A DNA stretch of 63,770 nucleotides, counting the filler, from Hausera hauseri (lineage: Eukaryota), in the NCBI GenBank assembly GCA_046269625.1. It is 12 parts of 12 records of this genome, joined end to end, with 100 filler letters (N's around TTAATTAATTAA, not from the genome) between each part and the next. Parts side by side here need not be neighbours in the genome. Positions count along the whole stretch, not along the records: positions 24,947 to 29,859 come from JBJURY010393034.1; positions 29,960 to 35,423 come from JBJURY010248737.1; positions 35,524 to 39,844 come from JBJURY010635997.1; 9 more parts are not named here. The stretch is one strand, 5' to 3'. Below, in pieces: positions 26,420 to 39,035 of the stretch; the first letter of the stretch is position 1, and every line of letters starts with the position of its first letter. The notes below the pieces were generated by a model. That model saw nothing but the letters and a program-made list of their open reading frames with translations, ran no database searches and was not told the DNA's origin. The position numbers and the translations under genes were made by a program.

Positions 26420-26539
26420 TGTGATGCCCACAGCGGCCGGTACCCTCTGGCCCATTCGGTTGGACACGGCCCGGCGTCCGCCGCCGCCGCGTCGGGCCCA
26501 TAGTCTATCCCAACTTTCCACCTCAAAATAGTATCCATG
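26420..26539 (+). repeat. 5' part of Gypsy LTR (second copy)
   Basis: TGTGATGCCCACAGCGGCCGGTACCCTCTGGCCC... homologous to 19294 and 47522; ends at CATG. Confidence 0.7.
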
Positions 26540-26888
26540 ATGCAAAGGCCTCATGTGAGTGTTTTACGAAATAAGTTCATAAAGACCGTTCAGTGACGTG
26601 ATTTGTAGTCTCTTGATTGATAGTGAGACGGGAGAGAAATTGTTCAAATAGCTACTAAAAATCGTTTGATCTGCCAACTGCACAAATATTTTACTTACAT
26701 CCTATTAGATAACATCTATACCGATTATTTGAAACTCGAATGACAACGATGAACATTTAGTATTGCCTTTCCTCTACCATAAACCGATTAGTCATTTTAT
26801 TCGATCAATATTTTATATCATTAAACGGTAACATTATGATCGTGTGCTTCCACAGACCTCTGATGGTTGATGAAAAATACATTTTAAA

Positions 26889-27547
26889 TTGATTTTTCAT
26901 TCTTTCCAAGCAAACTGTGCTATGTTGACATTTTATCAACAGGATTTTGAAGACGTGTTCAAAGGTTGCCCGTTTATAATGAAACTTGATCTATTCTTTC
27001 GAGCAGCTGTTTACCATCAAGATATGACGTATGCAAAACATAGTAGCCACTGTAGTCTAACAACATTTGACAAACAAGAAATTGGGGTCAAAGCTGAACT
27101 ACAGGCAATTAACCAAAACGGACGAATTACTGGCCCATTAAACTCCCATCATTCGACAAAACTAGATAGTATAAGAACATCAACAACGTTTTTAAATCGG
27201 GCAAACGCCGATAATTGCGACTTAACTATTTCCAAATCTGATTTCCATTCAATGACCGGCGATGACTGTAGCCAGAAATTTAAAAGACTAATAAATGATC
27301 TTAATCTTGGTCAACATTTTGTCACTACTACAACCACAACGACAAACCGAACAATTATGTCTAATGACAAATATAAAGAAACACCAATTATTGATATAGA
27401 TTATCAGTTGAACAATGGCAAAATAAATACCACAAGCGAGTGCCAGCTGAGAACTGATTTACTTGAAGCACAAAAAGAAATTTCAAATTTGAAAAATTCA
27501 ATGGTGAATCATGACAGTAGCTATTTGAAAAATGATTTCATACCATG
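26889..27547 (+). CDS. Fragment of unidentified host protein (T/N-rich, short coiled coil), cut at CATG
   Basis: 219-aa open frame; no domain recognised. Confidence 0.35.
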
Positions 27548-27995
27548 ATTTTTTTATTGTTTTGTGCGTTGTTCGCATATTTACGATTTTATTATCTGGC
27601 AATTGTTATCATTTTATTTTATCGAGGAAAATTTGACTTGCTTTACGTTGATCAAATCAGTTCTTCCATTCCGTTGTTAAATTTTTTTGGATTTAAAATT
27701 TTATTTTTTGCACACTTTCCGGATTTTTTTTGTTGTCGTCAAGAAGGGAAAAATTAAAACAATTGTATCGAGTACCAATTGATTTTGTGGAGAAGTTCTC
27801 GTTGAGTTATGCCGATAAAATTGTGTACAATAGTAATTTTACAAGTAGTGTTTTCAAAGAACATTTTCCAAATCTGAAAGATTCCGAGACCACTGTAATT
27901 TATCCCGTTCCCAATTTTGCCAATTTAAATGCACCGCCTGATGAGTTGCCATTGCCAGATTGGGTCACCAAACAGTCTATTGTTTTTCTGACTTG
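27548..27995 (+). pseudogene. ALG2: Alpha-1,3/1,6-mannosyltransferase ALG2 fragment (frameshift in T-run)
   Basis: FDLLYVDQISSSIPLL, KILFFAHFPD, KQLYRVPIDFVEKFSLSYADKIVYNSNFTSSVFKEHFP, VIYP; breaks off before the SINR motif. Confidence 0.85.
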
Positions 27996-28097
27996 TTTTA
28001 ATAAAATAAATAGTTAAAACATTTTGTCCAATTTGATTTTGAATTTTGATTCTCTGTTTTCCATTTTGAAAATTTTTGTAAAATATATTAGCTTTAA

Positions 28098-28356
28098 ATG
28101 TTTACTGCAAAAAATGGTATTCTACCGGACTATATTAAAAAAGATTTGGATATTTTCTTTGTTGGATGTAATCCAGGTATTCGTTCTTCAGAAGTTGGTC
28201 ACCATTATGCTGGAATAAATAATCATTTCTTTGAAAGTTCCAACTAATTTAGTTACCAAGATGAACTAAAACTTATGGCCTATGGAATTGGTCTTACGAA
28301 TTTATGCAGTCGCCAAACTAAGTCGCCTTCCGAATTAACTTCTTTCGAGCTACATG
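28098..28356 (+). pseudogene. TDG: G/T(U) mismatch DNA glycosylase (TDG/Mug family) fragment
   Basis: LPDYIKKDLDIFFVGCNPGIRSSEVGHHYAGINNHF, then in a shifted frame YGIGLTNLCSRQT; not in the supplied ORF track; ends at CATG 28353. Confidence 0.8.
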
Positions 28357-29716
28357 CTTCAAAATCAGTGCTAAGTAAAAAATTAGCAAATTCAAACCGA
28401 AAATTGCGGTTTTCAATGACGTATCTGAAACAATGTCCGGCAGAAAAATAAAGGAGTTAGGTGTGCAACCGGGTGTTCAAAGTATTCATAAATCCAAATG
28501 CAATAAGGCGGTTTTTACAGTGCGGCCTGAACTTATTCCTTTACATTTTACAGACGTGAATTTTGGTCAATAAATTTTGCTCATACCAGGTAAATTAAAT
28601 TAAATATTTTTAATCTTATATGACAAGTTAAGCAAAACCTTTTATAATGCATATTTTTATTCAGATTCCGGCGGTTTTGGGCGCATTTTAAGCAGCATTT
28701 AAAAGTGCAGGACTTCGGGCAAGTCTAATTCAAATATTGATCACTAGCGAAAATATTTTGAAATTTACCGTAAGAATATTGTTACAAATTTTGCGGCTTC
28801 AAAATAATGGCAAAATTGTATAATTGCCGCACGAAACTTACATGAAATTAGAAATTTTATTGTTATCATAATATTTTTGTTTTGCAAAATTGTCTAGTGT
28901 TTAAATTTTCATTTTTGAAGAAATTGTAGGAAGCACAGGAATTAATTTGCATTCATTCTGAATTTTAGTCTCAAATTGCAGTTTTTTAATTAAACTGATT
29001 TCGATGTAATAAGGAATGGCACTACATACACAGATGAAATTTAATATTTGGACATTTAAATTTTCTGAAATTTAAGTTTCAATTTAGATTGACAGATGCA
29101 TGTTTTCATTACTGGTCCACATTACTTTAGGAAGTCTATGTGTATGTTGGGAATTGGAAATATATGTATTATGCACTCAAAAATAATGCGTATAAAAATA
29201 ACTTTAAATAAATGAAGAATTTCACTCATCTCAAGAAGTCAAAGATTCAAAGCAAATCAATGTGAACTAGTTTCTTAAGCTCCGTGAAGATAGAATTGAA
29301 ACCGTGTCATTGATAATCTAGTATATCCACCTATTATTTATGTAAACGCCATTTCGTTATCTTGTGTGTATCGATGCTCCATCGAACTAATTCAATTCCA
29401 TACAATGTTTTGTGGATTGTGTCGCCGCTTATATACAAAAATTTCTTCGACCAATTATTAGCTGAAAATTATTTAGTTTGACTGAACAGCGATAGCGAAG
29501 ACATGGAAACAATTGCAAAGATTACGAAATTTTAAGAGGTAGTGAGGAAGTGTCAGTTTCGGATTTTATTATTTTGAATATTTTCTTACAAGGATAGACA
29601 CCTTACTGTTAGTATGATTTTTGGAAGTTGTACAGGTCCTACAAGTACAACATTTTATGTTGATTAATAATATGGAAAAAATTTTGCAAACAAAACTAAG
29701 ATTATACAATATAGGC

Positions 29717-29859
29717 AGTAGTTGGAAGGGAGAAGTTCTCCCCAAACCCCCCCCCAGGGAAGGAAGGAAGCCAATAGGAGGCGAACACGTCATCGAGGGG
29801 AAGTGAAACTGTCGAATGGGAAGAGGACACGTCATCGGGGGGAAGGAAGTAAGCCAATA
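29717..29859 (+). mobile_element. Probable Polinton terminal inverted repeat start
   Basis: Abrupt switch from AT-rich DNA to AGTAGT followed by G-rich sequence with repeated CACGTCATCG, GGAAGT and CCAAT boxes. Confidence 0.5.
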
Positions 29860-29959
29860 NNNNNNNNNNNNNNNNNNNNNNNNNNNNNNNNNNNNNNNNN
29901 NNNTTAATTAATTAANNNNNNNNNNNNNNNNNNNNNNNNNNNNNNNNNNNNNNNNNNNN

Positions 29960-31963
29960 CATTCGATAAACAGGAACGACTTGTACCTGATCACGACCAC
30001 TTTACCGGACGATACCTGGGAGCAGCATGCCATTCATGCACTTTAGTATGGCGCGTGCAGCGATTCCTGCCGGTGATATTTCATAACTTCAGGGGTTATG
30101 ATTGTCACCATATTCTGAAATAGGCAATTAATGAATTTCCACACAGGGAACTGTCCATAATCCCAACAACGATGGAGAAATATCTATCTCTGCCGGCACG
30201 CATAAATCGGTTTCAGGTGCGATTCCTTGACTCATTACAGTTCCTCAATGAGTCTCTAGCAAATCTGGTAAATGCTCTGACGGATGTTCCGTTAACATCA
30301 ATGCAGTTTCCGATGCATATTTCACGTAACAAAGGCATATTCCCGTATGACTTTGCAGTATCGTACGAGAGGCTGCAGACAACAGAAGAATTGCCGCCGC
30401 AGTGGCCCAGTGTAACAGAAGATGAACATATCAGAGCACAGGAATCTTGGTCAGAGCTCGGATGCAGAAGCATATTGGATTGTATGCTCCAGTATTTGAA
30501 ACTGGACGTGTTTCAGACATTCCGGACTAAGGCGTTGGCGGAAAATAGGCTGGAGCCGCTCAACTTTTACTCAATACAGGGAATGAGTTGGGCGTCGACT
30601 CTGACATCACTGGACCGGGACATTGAGCTGTTGCAAGACACAGAAATGTACCGACTGTTTGATTTTGGTATTCGTGGCGGCATGACGTTTGTCAACAAGC
30701 ACCACGTAAACAGTGATGATAATACCACTGCCCTTGCCGTACGGTTCATTTGAATGGTTAACAGACAAGCAAGATCTGGAGGCAATATTGGAAAATTTAG
30801 CAACAGCAAACACGGCAGAAAACAGCTCATTCAGCTACATGATGGAAGTTGATCTCGTGGTACCGGATGAGTTGCATGACGCTTTGGACCAATTGCCTGT
30901 CGCACCAATCAGCCAATGTCCTCTCGGCGGCTCAAAGGTAAAGAAACACCTCACGACGCATGAACCGAAGCTGAATTACGTGGTCCATTGGCATCTGCTA
31001 CAATTCTACATGCAGCTCGGTGTACTCATCACGCAGCTGCATTACGCAATAAAATTCAATGAGGAGCCGATATTCAAGGCATACATTGACGGAAATTTAG
31101 AGCCGCAGCTGGTACGAAGTTTGAAAAGAACTACTACAAGTTGAAAATAATTCTCTTTACGGCAAAACGGTAGAGAACCTCAAAAAGTGACTCAATTTGC
31201 GCCTATGTAACAACGAAAAGCAACTGGTTACGTACACCAACATGGCTCAGATCATGCGGTCAATGAACATTGCCGATAGATTGATCGCCGTGCTGTTAAA
31301 CAAGGAAAAGTCGTACTGGACCGACCAAGCTATATCGGACAAGTGGTATTGGACCTTAGCAAGTTGAGAATGTACGACCTCCAGTATCGCGACGTGGCAC
31401 GTTACCGGCAAATGTTCGACGGCTGTGAGATCAGTATCGTTGCCGGTGACACAGACAGCTTTTTCCCTGAGGTGAAAAACGTCAATCGCGACCAACTGCT
31501 CCGGCAAATGATGGGAGATGAATTACTGGACACGTCCAATTACCCACAGAATCATCCGCTGTATAGCAACGCCATCACAAACAAAATCGGCTGCTTCAAG
31601 GATGAAAGAGAAGGCCGTGTTTAGTACCAAGAATGGATATTCCTGCGCCCAAAGTGCTACAGTCTCCTGACGGACTGTGGACCAAAAATGAGGGCAAAAG
31701 GCGTTCAGCTGTCCCAGACGGAAATAAGCCACGGTGATTATCGCCGTATCTATGAAGCAGAGGCAGCAGAAGAAGAAAACGGAGGACGAAAAGGAGGAGA
31801 AGGAGGACAATCAGTGGCTGTGTGTCAAACGATTATACGATCGATTGAGCACCAGCTGTATACTATAACAAACACAAAAATCCATTTGTCATGTAATGAT
31901 GATAAGCGAAAATGGGTGGGGAGAAACAAGAGTTGGGCGTATGGGCATTGGCGTTTGAAATAA
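29960..31963 (+). pseudogene. Polinton/Maverick protein-primed DNA polymerase B (with endonuclease VII-like zinc module), degraded
   Basis: DHDHFTGRYLGAACHSC, FHNFRGYDCH, FLDSLQFLNESLANLV, KGIFPYD, YLKLDV, GIRGG, YGKT.EN, AGDTDS, IGCFKDE, LRPKCYS, AKGV, DDKR..AYGHW. Confidence 0.93.
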
Positions 31964-32286
31964 CACACACGCGATTCCTTATGTGCTCCGACGATTCGAG
32001 TAAGATAGTTACAGTAATTTGTACATTGTGACAATTACTACCATCTTGTGATTTTTATTGTTGTTATGTCACAGCAATGTCTTTTTGTTCACCGACTGTT
32101 TTCGTTCTGTTTTATATAGTTATTTAATTTTCTTCATATTAAATGATGACTAAGAAAACGTTAGTTATAATTCAATTTTAATACAGTATTAAAAAGTCAA
32201 TTTAACACTATAAATGCAAATAAGTTTATTAAGCATTAATCACAAATCACAAAATCACGTCAAATCAAACTGAATTTTGCTAGTTT

Positions 32287-32710
32287 TCATATTGGGGATT
32301 TCACGAACATCATCTCCGTGTAGTCTTTCAGCTTCAGAGTTAAGTAGCCTTTAGGTCCATCAGCTGGCAAAGCTGCTAGTGCTTCTCCATTTGAACGGAC
32401 AATTTTCCTCATATTGCCCTTGAGAAAAAATAAGCAGGTATCTCGGATATCTTTAGACAACTCCAAGTCATTGTCGGGTTTCTTCACTGTTTCCTCCATC
32501 GCGTTCAAATCACTATCGTTGATTTTCTTGGGCAGCAGATCATACTTCACCTGTTTGAGTTTTATCGGTTGTGCCAAAGTCAATTGAACAGGCGTTTGTA
32601 GGAAGTTCAACTTGTACTAATTGTACAACCGGGCAGGTCAAACCGAATATTCGTTGTATGTGGGCTGACTCGCAGCAGAACTGAAATTGTTTGCTTCATC
32701 GGAATTCATT
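32287..32710 (-). pseudogene. Small Polinton-associated gene convergent with pPolB
   Basis: 107-aa open frame extending through two stops to an ATG near 32710, with a TATATA element upstream; tail-to-tail with pPolB. Confidence 0.4.
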
Positions 32711-33099
32711 TTCGTAAAAAGAGAGAGACGGAGTGAAATGAAATTATACCGCTATATATACCTGTCTAACACGTTGTTTTGTTTATATTGCAAACGTGTC
32801 AACATTGGGTATTTACATATAGTCATTCTAGCAAATTGCCCCAATAAGCTCCACAAAACTGTTGAGTTACACATTATAAAAAATTTATTCATAATAAATT
32901 TGTACAATTTCCATTATAGCACATTTACATTCTGTACACTTGTGGGTTACTTTGGCGGAACACATTTGACAAACAACGAGATGGCCGCACATTAAGAATA
33001 CCGTATCCACATTCCTTATTTTACATAGTACACACAAACTGACAGTCTCGTACTTCGTCCATTATTTTCTGTTTTAAGTTTGTTAATTCACTGCGTACC

Positions 33100-35076
33100 T
33101 TTTCAACAGTTTTTAAACCTTCTCTTAGCTTTTCGAATTTGGTAACTAGTTCAGGAGTCTATTGAAATGGCTGGTGTTTTCTTTTCACTACTGAGGTGAT
33201 CAAATGGTGCTGTAAGTTCGGAGCAGTACGGCACGTACTTGTGAACAAAGTGAAAAGTGGTAACGCAATCACATTCATCGCCGTGCAATCCCAAATCGTC
33301 AGTAATATCGTTTTTTAATAATTTATAAAACAAATTGCCATGATTCTAAAAATGTTTTGTCCAACGGTCTTTTTAATATCGGTTTTCGACTTGAATTCAC
33401 CCGCACGACAGACGAAATGGTATCGACGTGATCGAAACGCTCCTTATTGAATCCACTTGTTAAGCAGCGTTATTTGCAGTCGACAAGGAGGTTATAGTGC
33501 GAAAGGAAATCGGATCCTAAAATGGCTATCTGGACGTTTGCAACAATAAACGTCCAGTGAAACATCGAAGTAAATTTCGGAAGGGTAAAAGAAAGCCTGC
33601 ATGTACCGGAAACGTGTAGCGGTTGTCCGGGAGCTGTAAAAAGAGGTTTATTGTTGAATGAGGTGTGTTGAGTTGGAAAGGTGAGTGGCAGTAAAGAAAT
33701 CGTTGCACCTGAATCGATGAGGAAATCCATGTGGCGAGTTGTTGGTAACGTAGTTACGGCTTTTACGGTAAATACGTCAAAAGGTTTTCGGCTGGTAGAA
33801 ACTGGAGAATGGCCTTCGCCAGGACTAGCCGTAAGCTACGGCGGCGGAACTAGTTTTTTGGAAGTGGTGAACTTGGACGACTTTTAGAAGGTAAGAGAGC
33901 ACGTCCGACGTTCTTATGTTGAGTGTTCCTTCTAAAAGTACAACCAGGGATACACTTATGTGCATCATGCTTAAACTTTGCGTGGTAAATGCAAATGGTA
34001 TTGTTAACGTGATACTTTTTGGTGTAAAAGCGACACCCGAGATGACATTTTTATGCTTTATGGGCGAACCTGTCATGGTAAAAACAGATCAGCGATTTCA
34101 CAAGAGAAGGTGACCGACCTCTGGATACAGAGTGTGTGTGATCGGAGGCGGAACTCTTTCGTTGAGCCATAGAGATTTCATTTAATCTATCATTGATATT
34201 GTTTATTGTATTATGTAGGGTTGCGTTTTCGGCCCGTAACTGTTGTATTTGATATTGTAATGTGCTGTCGTTTACTGTAAGCGCTGCAATGACAGGTTGT
34301 GTGTTTAGGTGCAAAATCTCGTACGTTTTGCCTGCAAGTTCAGTTAACTTATCTAGTGCCGTCGATTCCTCGACGACGGTAAGCAAGACCCTGATCTGAA
34401 TTGGTAATGCGTTTAGAAAGCAACGTTGTAAGAGATAAGAATTATTTTGTTTTGTAACGCCGAGTTTTTACAGTTGAGCGAGAGGTTCTGAAAAAATCGG
34501 ATGGTTTTTGCGTACCCATAGGGTTATCATTGAAGAATCTCTGGATGATGGAATCCATAGACGGTTCCGTAAGGTTTAAAACTGCATTATACAGATAGAT
34601 GTACGGGTCGGATTGTTGGAAGATGTCTAAAATATCGTGAAGTCTTTACTGTGTTTGGTAAGAGGCAAAATAAGCTGAGCTTTGGCTGAGGGATCGGTAA
34701 TACTGTTATACTGCAGCCAAAGTTTGTGAAAGTTAAGCCAGGCTTTTTTGGATTTTTCATGGTCACTAAAGTAATCTGTGCACTGAAAAGAAGTATGTTT
34801 GGCTGTAGGGAGGGTAGGGGTATAAGTGGTGAAAGTGGATAGTGTGGTGGTGGTCGTTGATTTTTCGAGAAAAGTAAAGGGTGTTGATTTAGCGTTATTT
34901 ATCAAAAAGGAAAACGAGAGGGGTCACAGGCCCTAGTGGGTGATGTGGTGACGGAACAGACCATGGCGTGGGACCCAATGACGTAGAACAGATGGCCGGG
35001 CGGTCGGTCACACTGTGATGTATCCGAAAATACAGGGGGGGCCGACTCCCCTCCGGTGGGTCCAGTCAGCAATACA
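33100..35076 (-). mobile_element. Ty3/Gypsy (CsRn1-like) 5' part: putative LTR, gag with CHCC-type knuckle, protease, internally deleted pol
   Basis: ICFYHDRFAHKA*KC..C gag motif; FLIDSGATISLLP...ILGSDFL protease; FVHKYVPYCSELTAP RT-linker piece; GC-rich TG-started segment at ~34930-35076. Confidence 0.85.
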
Positions 35077-35523
35077 AACCTCAATTTCAATGTGTATCTG
35101 TTGTCAGAAAATGTTCTGTAGAAAAAGGATAGCAATTCAATTCCAATGGGTTGTGTACGGTTACAAAACTGCGTAGCAGCCCAAATGGGAAAAGGTGAGA
35201 CAACACGTGGACAAAACATATCGGAATGTATCATAATTTCCCCGTCATCACCAAAGGTTTCAATGGTAATAAAATTCCAACATCGGTGAATGTCAACAAG
35301 TATGGTACAGAATGTTGTAAACTTGCAGTACTTTTCAATTTTTTCGAAAAAACGCCAAATATTAGTTTCAACTTCACGTACGAAGTATGTTGGTAGAGAA
35401 TTAAAAGTTGGCCCATAGTTTTANNNNNNNNNNNNNNNNNNNNNNNNNNNNNNNNNNNNNNNNNNNNTTAATTAATTAANNNNNNNNNNNNNNNNNNNNN
35501 NNNNNNNNNNNNNNNNNNNNNNN

Positions 35524-36000
35524 TGGCACTAGATAGATATGCCAAAGAGGGTGACAGATATGATCGAAATAATGATAGTGACAATCGAGATAGAAACCGA
35601 AACAATAAGAGATTTTATGATAATAATAAAGAACGAAGTTATGAGAATAAAACTCAAAATGTCCCTAATCGCAGATATGACAATAGGAACTTTGGTGAAA
35701 ATCGGAACACATACAATCCTTACAACCAAATAGGTTATAATCCGAATAAAAACCAGAATAATGACCGAAGTAATAAAAGCCGATATGTAGATAATCGTAA
35801 TTTTGAAAACAGAAATAACGGATTCGATAAACAAGCTCAAGGCAAAACAATGGGTAGACCCAAATCACCAGTAAATAAAGACAGATAACAAAGGATCGGT
35901 CGAGACGGAAATTTAATTTGTTACTCATTTGGTAAGGAAGGACATATAGCTAGATCATGCCCTAATCCACGGAGTGTATCATTTGCAAAGACTAGTAAAG
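35524..36000 (+). pseudogene. Retroelement Gag C-terminus: N/R/D/Y-rich tract plus CCHC zinc knuckle
   Basis: DRYDRNNDSDNRDRNRNNKRFY... then CYSFGKEGHIARSCP (35919-35963; second Cys mutated to Phe). Confidence 0.75.
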
Positions 36001-38818
36001 CTAGCACAATGAAAGATAATTTGGAAGGAATCTACGGGAAACAAGGTGACATAAGCATGATTATTGAGATACAAGACTTACGAAGGTATGTAAGAAATAT
36101 GGGCAAATCTAATAATCCACAAGTAATAAAGGCTAGGAAGGAATACGAAGAGAAGGTGCATTAAATGGAAGTTTATCATGGATTAAGAGAACCAACAACG
36201 GAATACGAAAAGGCTATAGCGCCTAAGAATACTAAAATGGCCAGAAAGAAAAACCTAAATCCAATGGCAAAGTCAACTACGCCTCCAAGTATAGATTTAG
36301 ATGCAGATACCGAGGTCGCGCCTAGGGATAAGTACAAAGTAACATTGGATGATGAGGTAACAACTCAAGATAAGGAGAAAGCAACAGATGAGGTTGAAAG
36401 TGAATTTATCGTCCAACTGATACTTAATATAACGAAAAAGAGGTAGAAGTCCCTCTCAGGAGAAGGTCGAGAACCCGTTCACGGTCACCTATCAAAAAGA
36501 ATATAGAAAAAGAGGAAGATTTCACGATCACTTTAAGAGATGAAAGAGTTAGACACTCCTGTTAAAATACAAGACGCTCCGGAAATAACGAACATTCCGA
36601 ATATGGAGGAAATAAATGAAATATGTTCATTACCATCTACTGAAGAGGAGTCAAGAGGAAAAGTCGATAAAATTTCCGAAGGTCAGAAAATCGTGGAAAA
36701 ATGCGAATGATCTAACAGAAATAAGAGACACTGAACTATCCCGGAAAACTAACTGAGCGCTTACAAAAACTGCAGCAAATGAACAAGCAGTTGTACATCT
36801 CAGGAAAAGAACAACAATCCATAGAAGTTATATAGGAAGTTGAAAGCCGACACCCAGAAAGAAGAGGACATACAGTATGAATTGCACGAAACGCCGCAAG
36901 AATTAATAAAAAGTTGGCAAAATAAATTAGAACTGTGGATAACGAATGATATCGATTTTACGAAAATATGGTGAATAAAATCGAACCGTTTCTCGATTAA
37001 ATTAATAAAGCGCAAGGATTGTTAAACACACTAACGGGTAACCCAAGACTAAAACGCGTAAGGCGTAATTTAGAAGAATTGATGCGTGAGATAGAAGAAG
37101 CGATAATTTCTTATCTTCATAATAAGCCAGTTTACGAACTAACGGATGCCGACCTAAAAATACTGAGTATAGACCAAACCAATATTTCCTTCCTATTAGA
37201 AATGTGCAGCTTAATAAAGGATAAACCCCAGAAATGTCCAGATTTAAAAATACATATCGGAAGAGAAAATGAAATACAAGTCAAAATTAACAACTTAAGG
37301 ATCGACGTAGTCCACTCTGAAAACATAGAAGTAAAGAGAATAATACGCGCTTGTCTTCTTGAGTTAGATGAATATAAGAAAGAATTCAACTATATGGAAC
37401 AAATCATAAAATTTGTACGAGGACCCGATCATAAACTAAAGGAAGCTTTTGAGGCTTTGGACGAAATTATATACGCTAAACCAGAAACATCTAGACAATA
37501 CAAAAGTGGATAGACTTGTTACCTTGTATAGCCAAAGTGATTAACGAACGACTAAGGGAGTTCGCTGTAGTTGAACCAATAATGAAACATCAATTGGAGG
37601 AGATGCTACTAAATATCGGCATGATGGAAGATGAAGCGAAGTTGAGAATCAAATTCGAATCATTTCGAGAACTTGAATTTATGAATCAGGATCAAGATCT
37701 GACAACACTAACCGAAATATATACTATGATAGAACAGAAGGACTTTTGCAAAAAAAGAAATAAACTAAGTAATCTCCAGCGGAGCTTAGTAAACATCCGT
37801 TGGGAAGGAATACAGAATCTAATACAGAAACTGTTAAAGGAAATCTCTGTACAGGAGATAGAAACCTTAGAAATATGTAATAACCACCGGATTGCTCTCG
37901 CGCAGACACTGCAATATATACAGAATCCAGTTGAATGGTCATCAGGTTTTGACCTACATTTTCACTCCGAATTAACGGAAATTAAAAATGATCTGCAACT
38001 GACAAGCGATGAAGCCAAGTTCGTAAGTAGGCTGATGGACGCAATAGATCCAGACGCCGAAGAGTTAAACCAAACGTACAGATTAATCTCACTAATAACA
38101 GAAATGGCGGAAATTGACGAAGTAGTGGCAAAAAGACTAACAAATTGGATACGTCTGATAAAAGAAAACCGGTTACGCTCTGAGAAAAAACAACGCGAAC
38201 TAAACGAATTACTAAAAAAAACAGAAATTTATAAGAATAAATATTCTCTTACGGAATCAGAATTAAATGATAAAATAGAATTTGTACAGAAATGGCAAAG
38301 AGATAGAATAGCCGAAGTGACTAATTATCAAGAAAAAGTTTTAATACAACCAGAGGAAATGTGTCGACTAATAAAACTGATATAACAAGCTTGCGGAAAC
38401 GGTGATGGATTTAGGGTATCTATCATGAAAACTTTACAGCCGCAATTCAGCAAATTAAGCGAAAGAATACTAGTCAAACATGCAGTACTAATAAACTACG
38501 ATTTGCCTGATGCAGATAACGAAGCCGAATGGGATGAATATTTCCATGGTCTAACCGAGCAAAATCAAGAAACTCCAATATATATTTATAAATCACCTAC
38601 TGGTACACAAAAGACGAAATTCGACGTCCAAATGCTGCTTGACCCCGCGTTAGCGGAGAAGAAATTGAGTATTGAAAAGAAATATAAGTGAAGAAAAGTT
38701 AAGGAAATTGATTCCAATCTTGACTAAGTTATCCAATGAAAACACTGCATACAGCGCCGTACCTAAGCTTCTAATAATGGAATACGCTAAACTATTGAAA
38801 AATAAACCAGAAGCGAAA

Positions 38819-39035
38819 ATTAAGGTGAAAGTATTATCTTAAATAATGGACGACGAAGAATTTCAATGTACCACCTATACTACAGTTGGGAATATAAAAC
38901 AACGGATAATGGATAAGGATAATAGAAAAAAAGTTAATTATTGACTGTATTTTAGAGGCAGAATATTAGATGAGCCAGAATTTCTAATAGATGTAGGAAT
39001 TATACTCCTCGAGGAAAATCGAGTAATAGCAATTA
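38819..39035 (+). pseudogene. Ubiquitin-like domain (two in-frame stops)
   Basis: IKVKVLS*..EEFQCTTYTTVGNIKQRIMDKDN...NY*LYFRGRILDEPEFLIDVGI aligns to ubiquitin IFVKTL...TIENVKAKIQDKEG...LIFAGKQLEDGRTLSDYNI. Confidence 0.7.

Noticed and set aside
35529-35928. Hydrophobic minus-strand ORFs resembling membrane proteins
   Set aside because: Antisense shadow of the N/R/D-rich Gag frame
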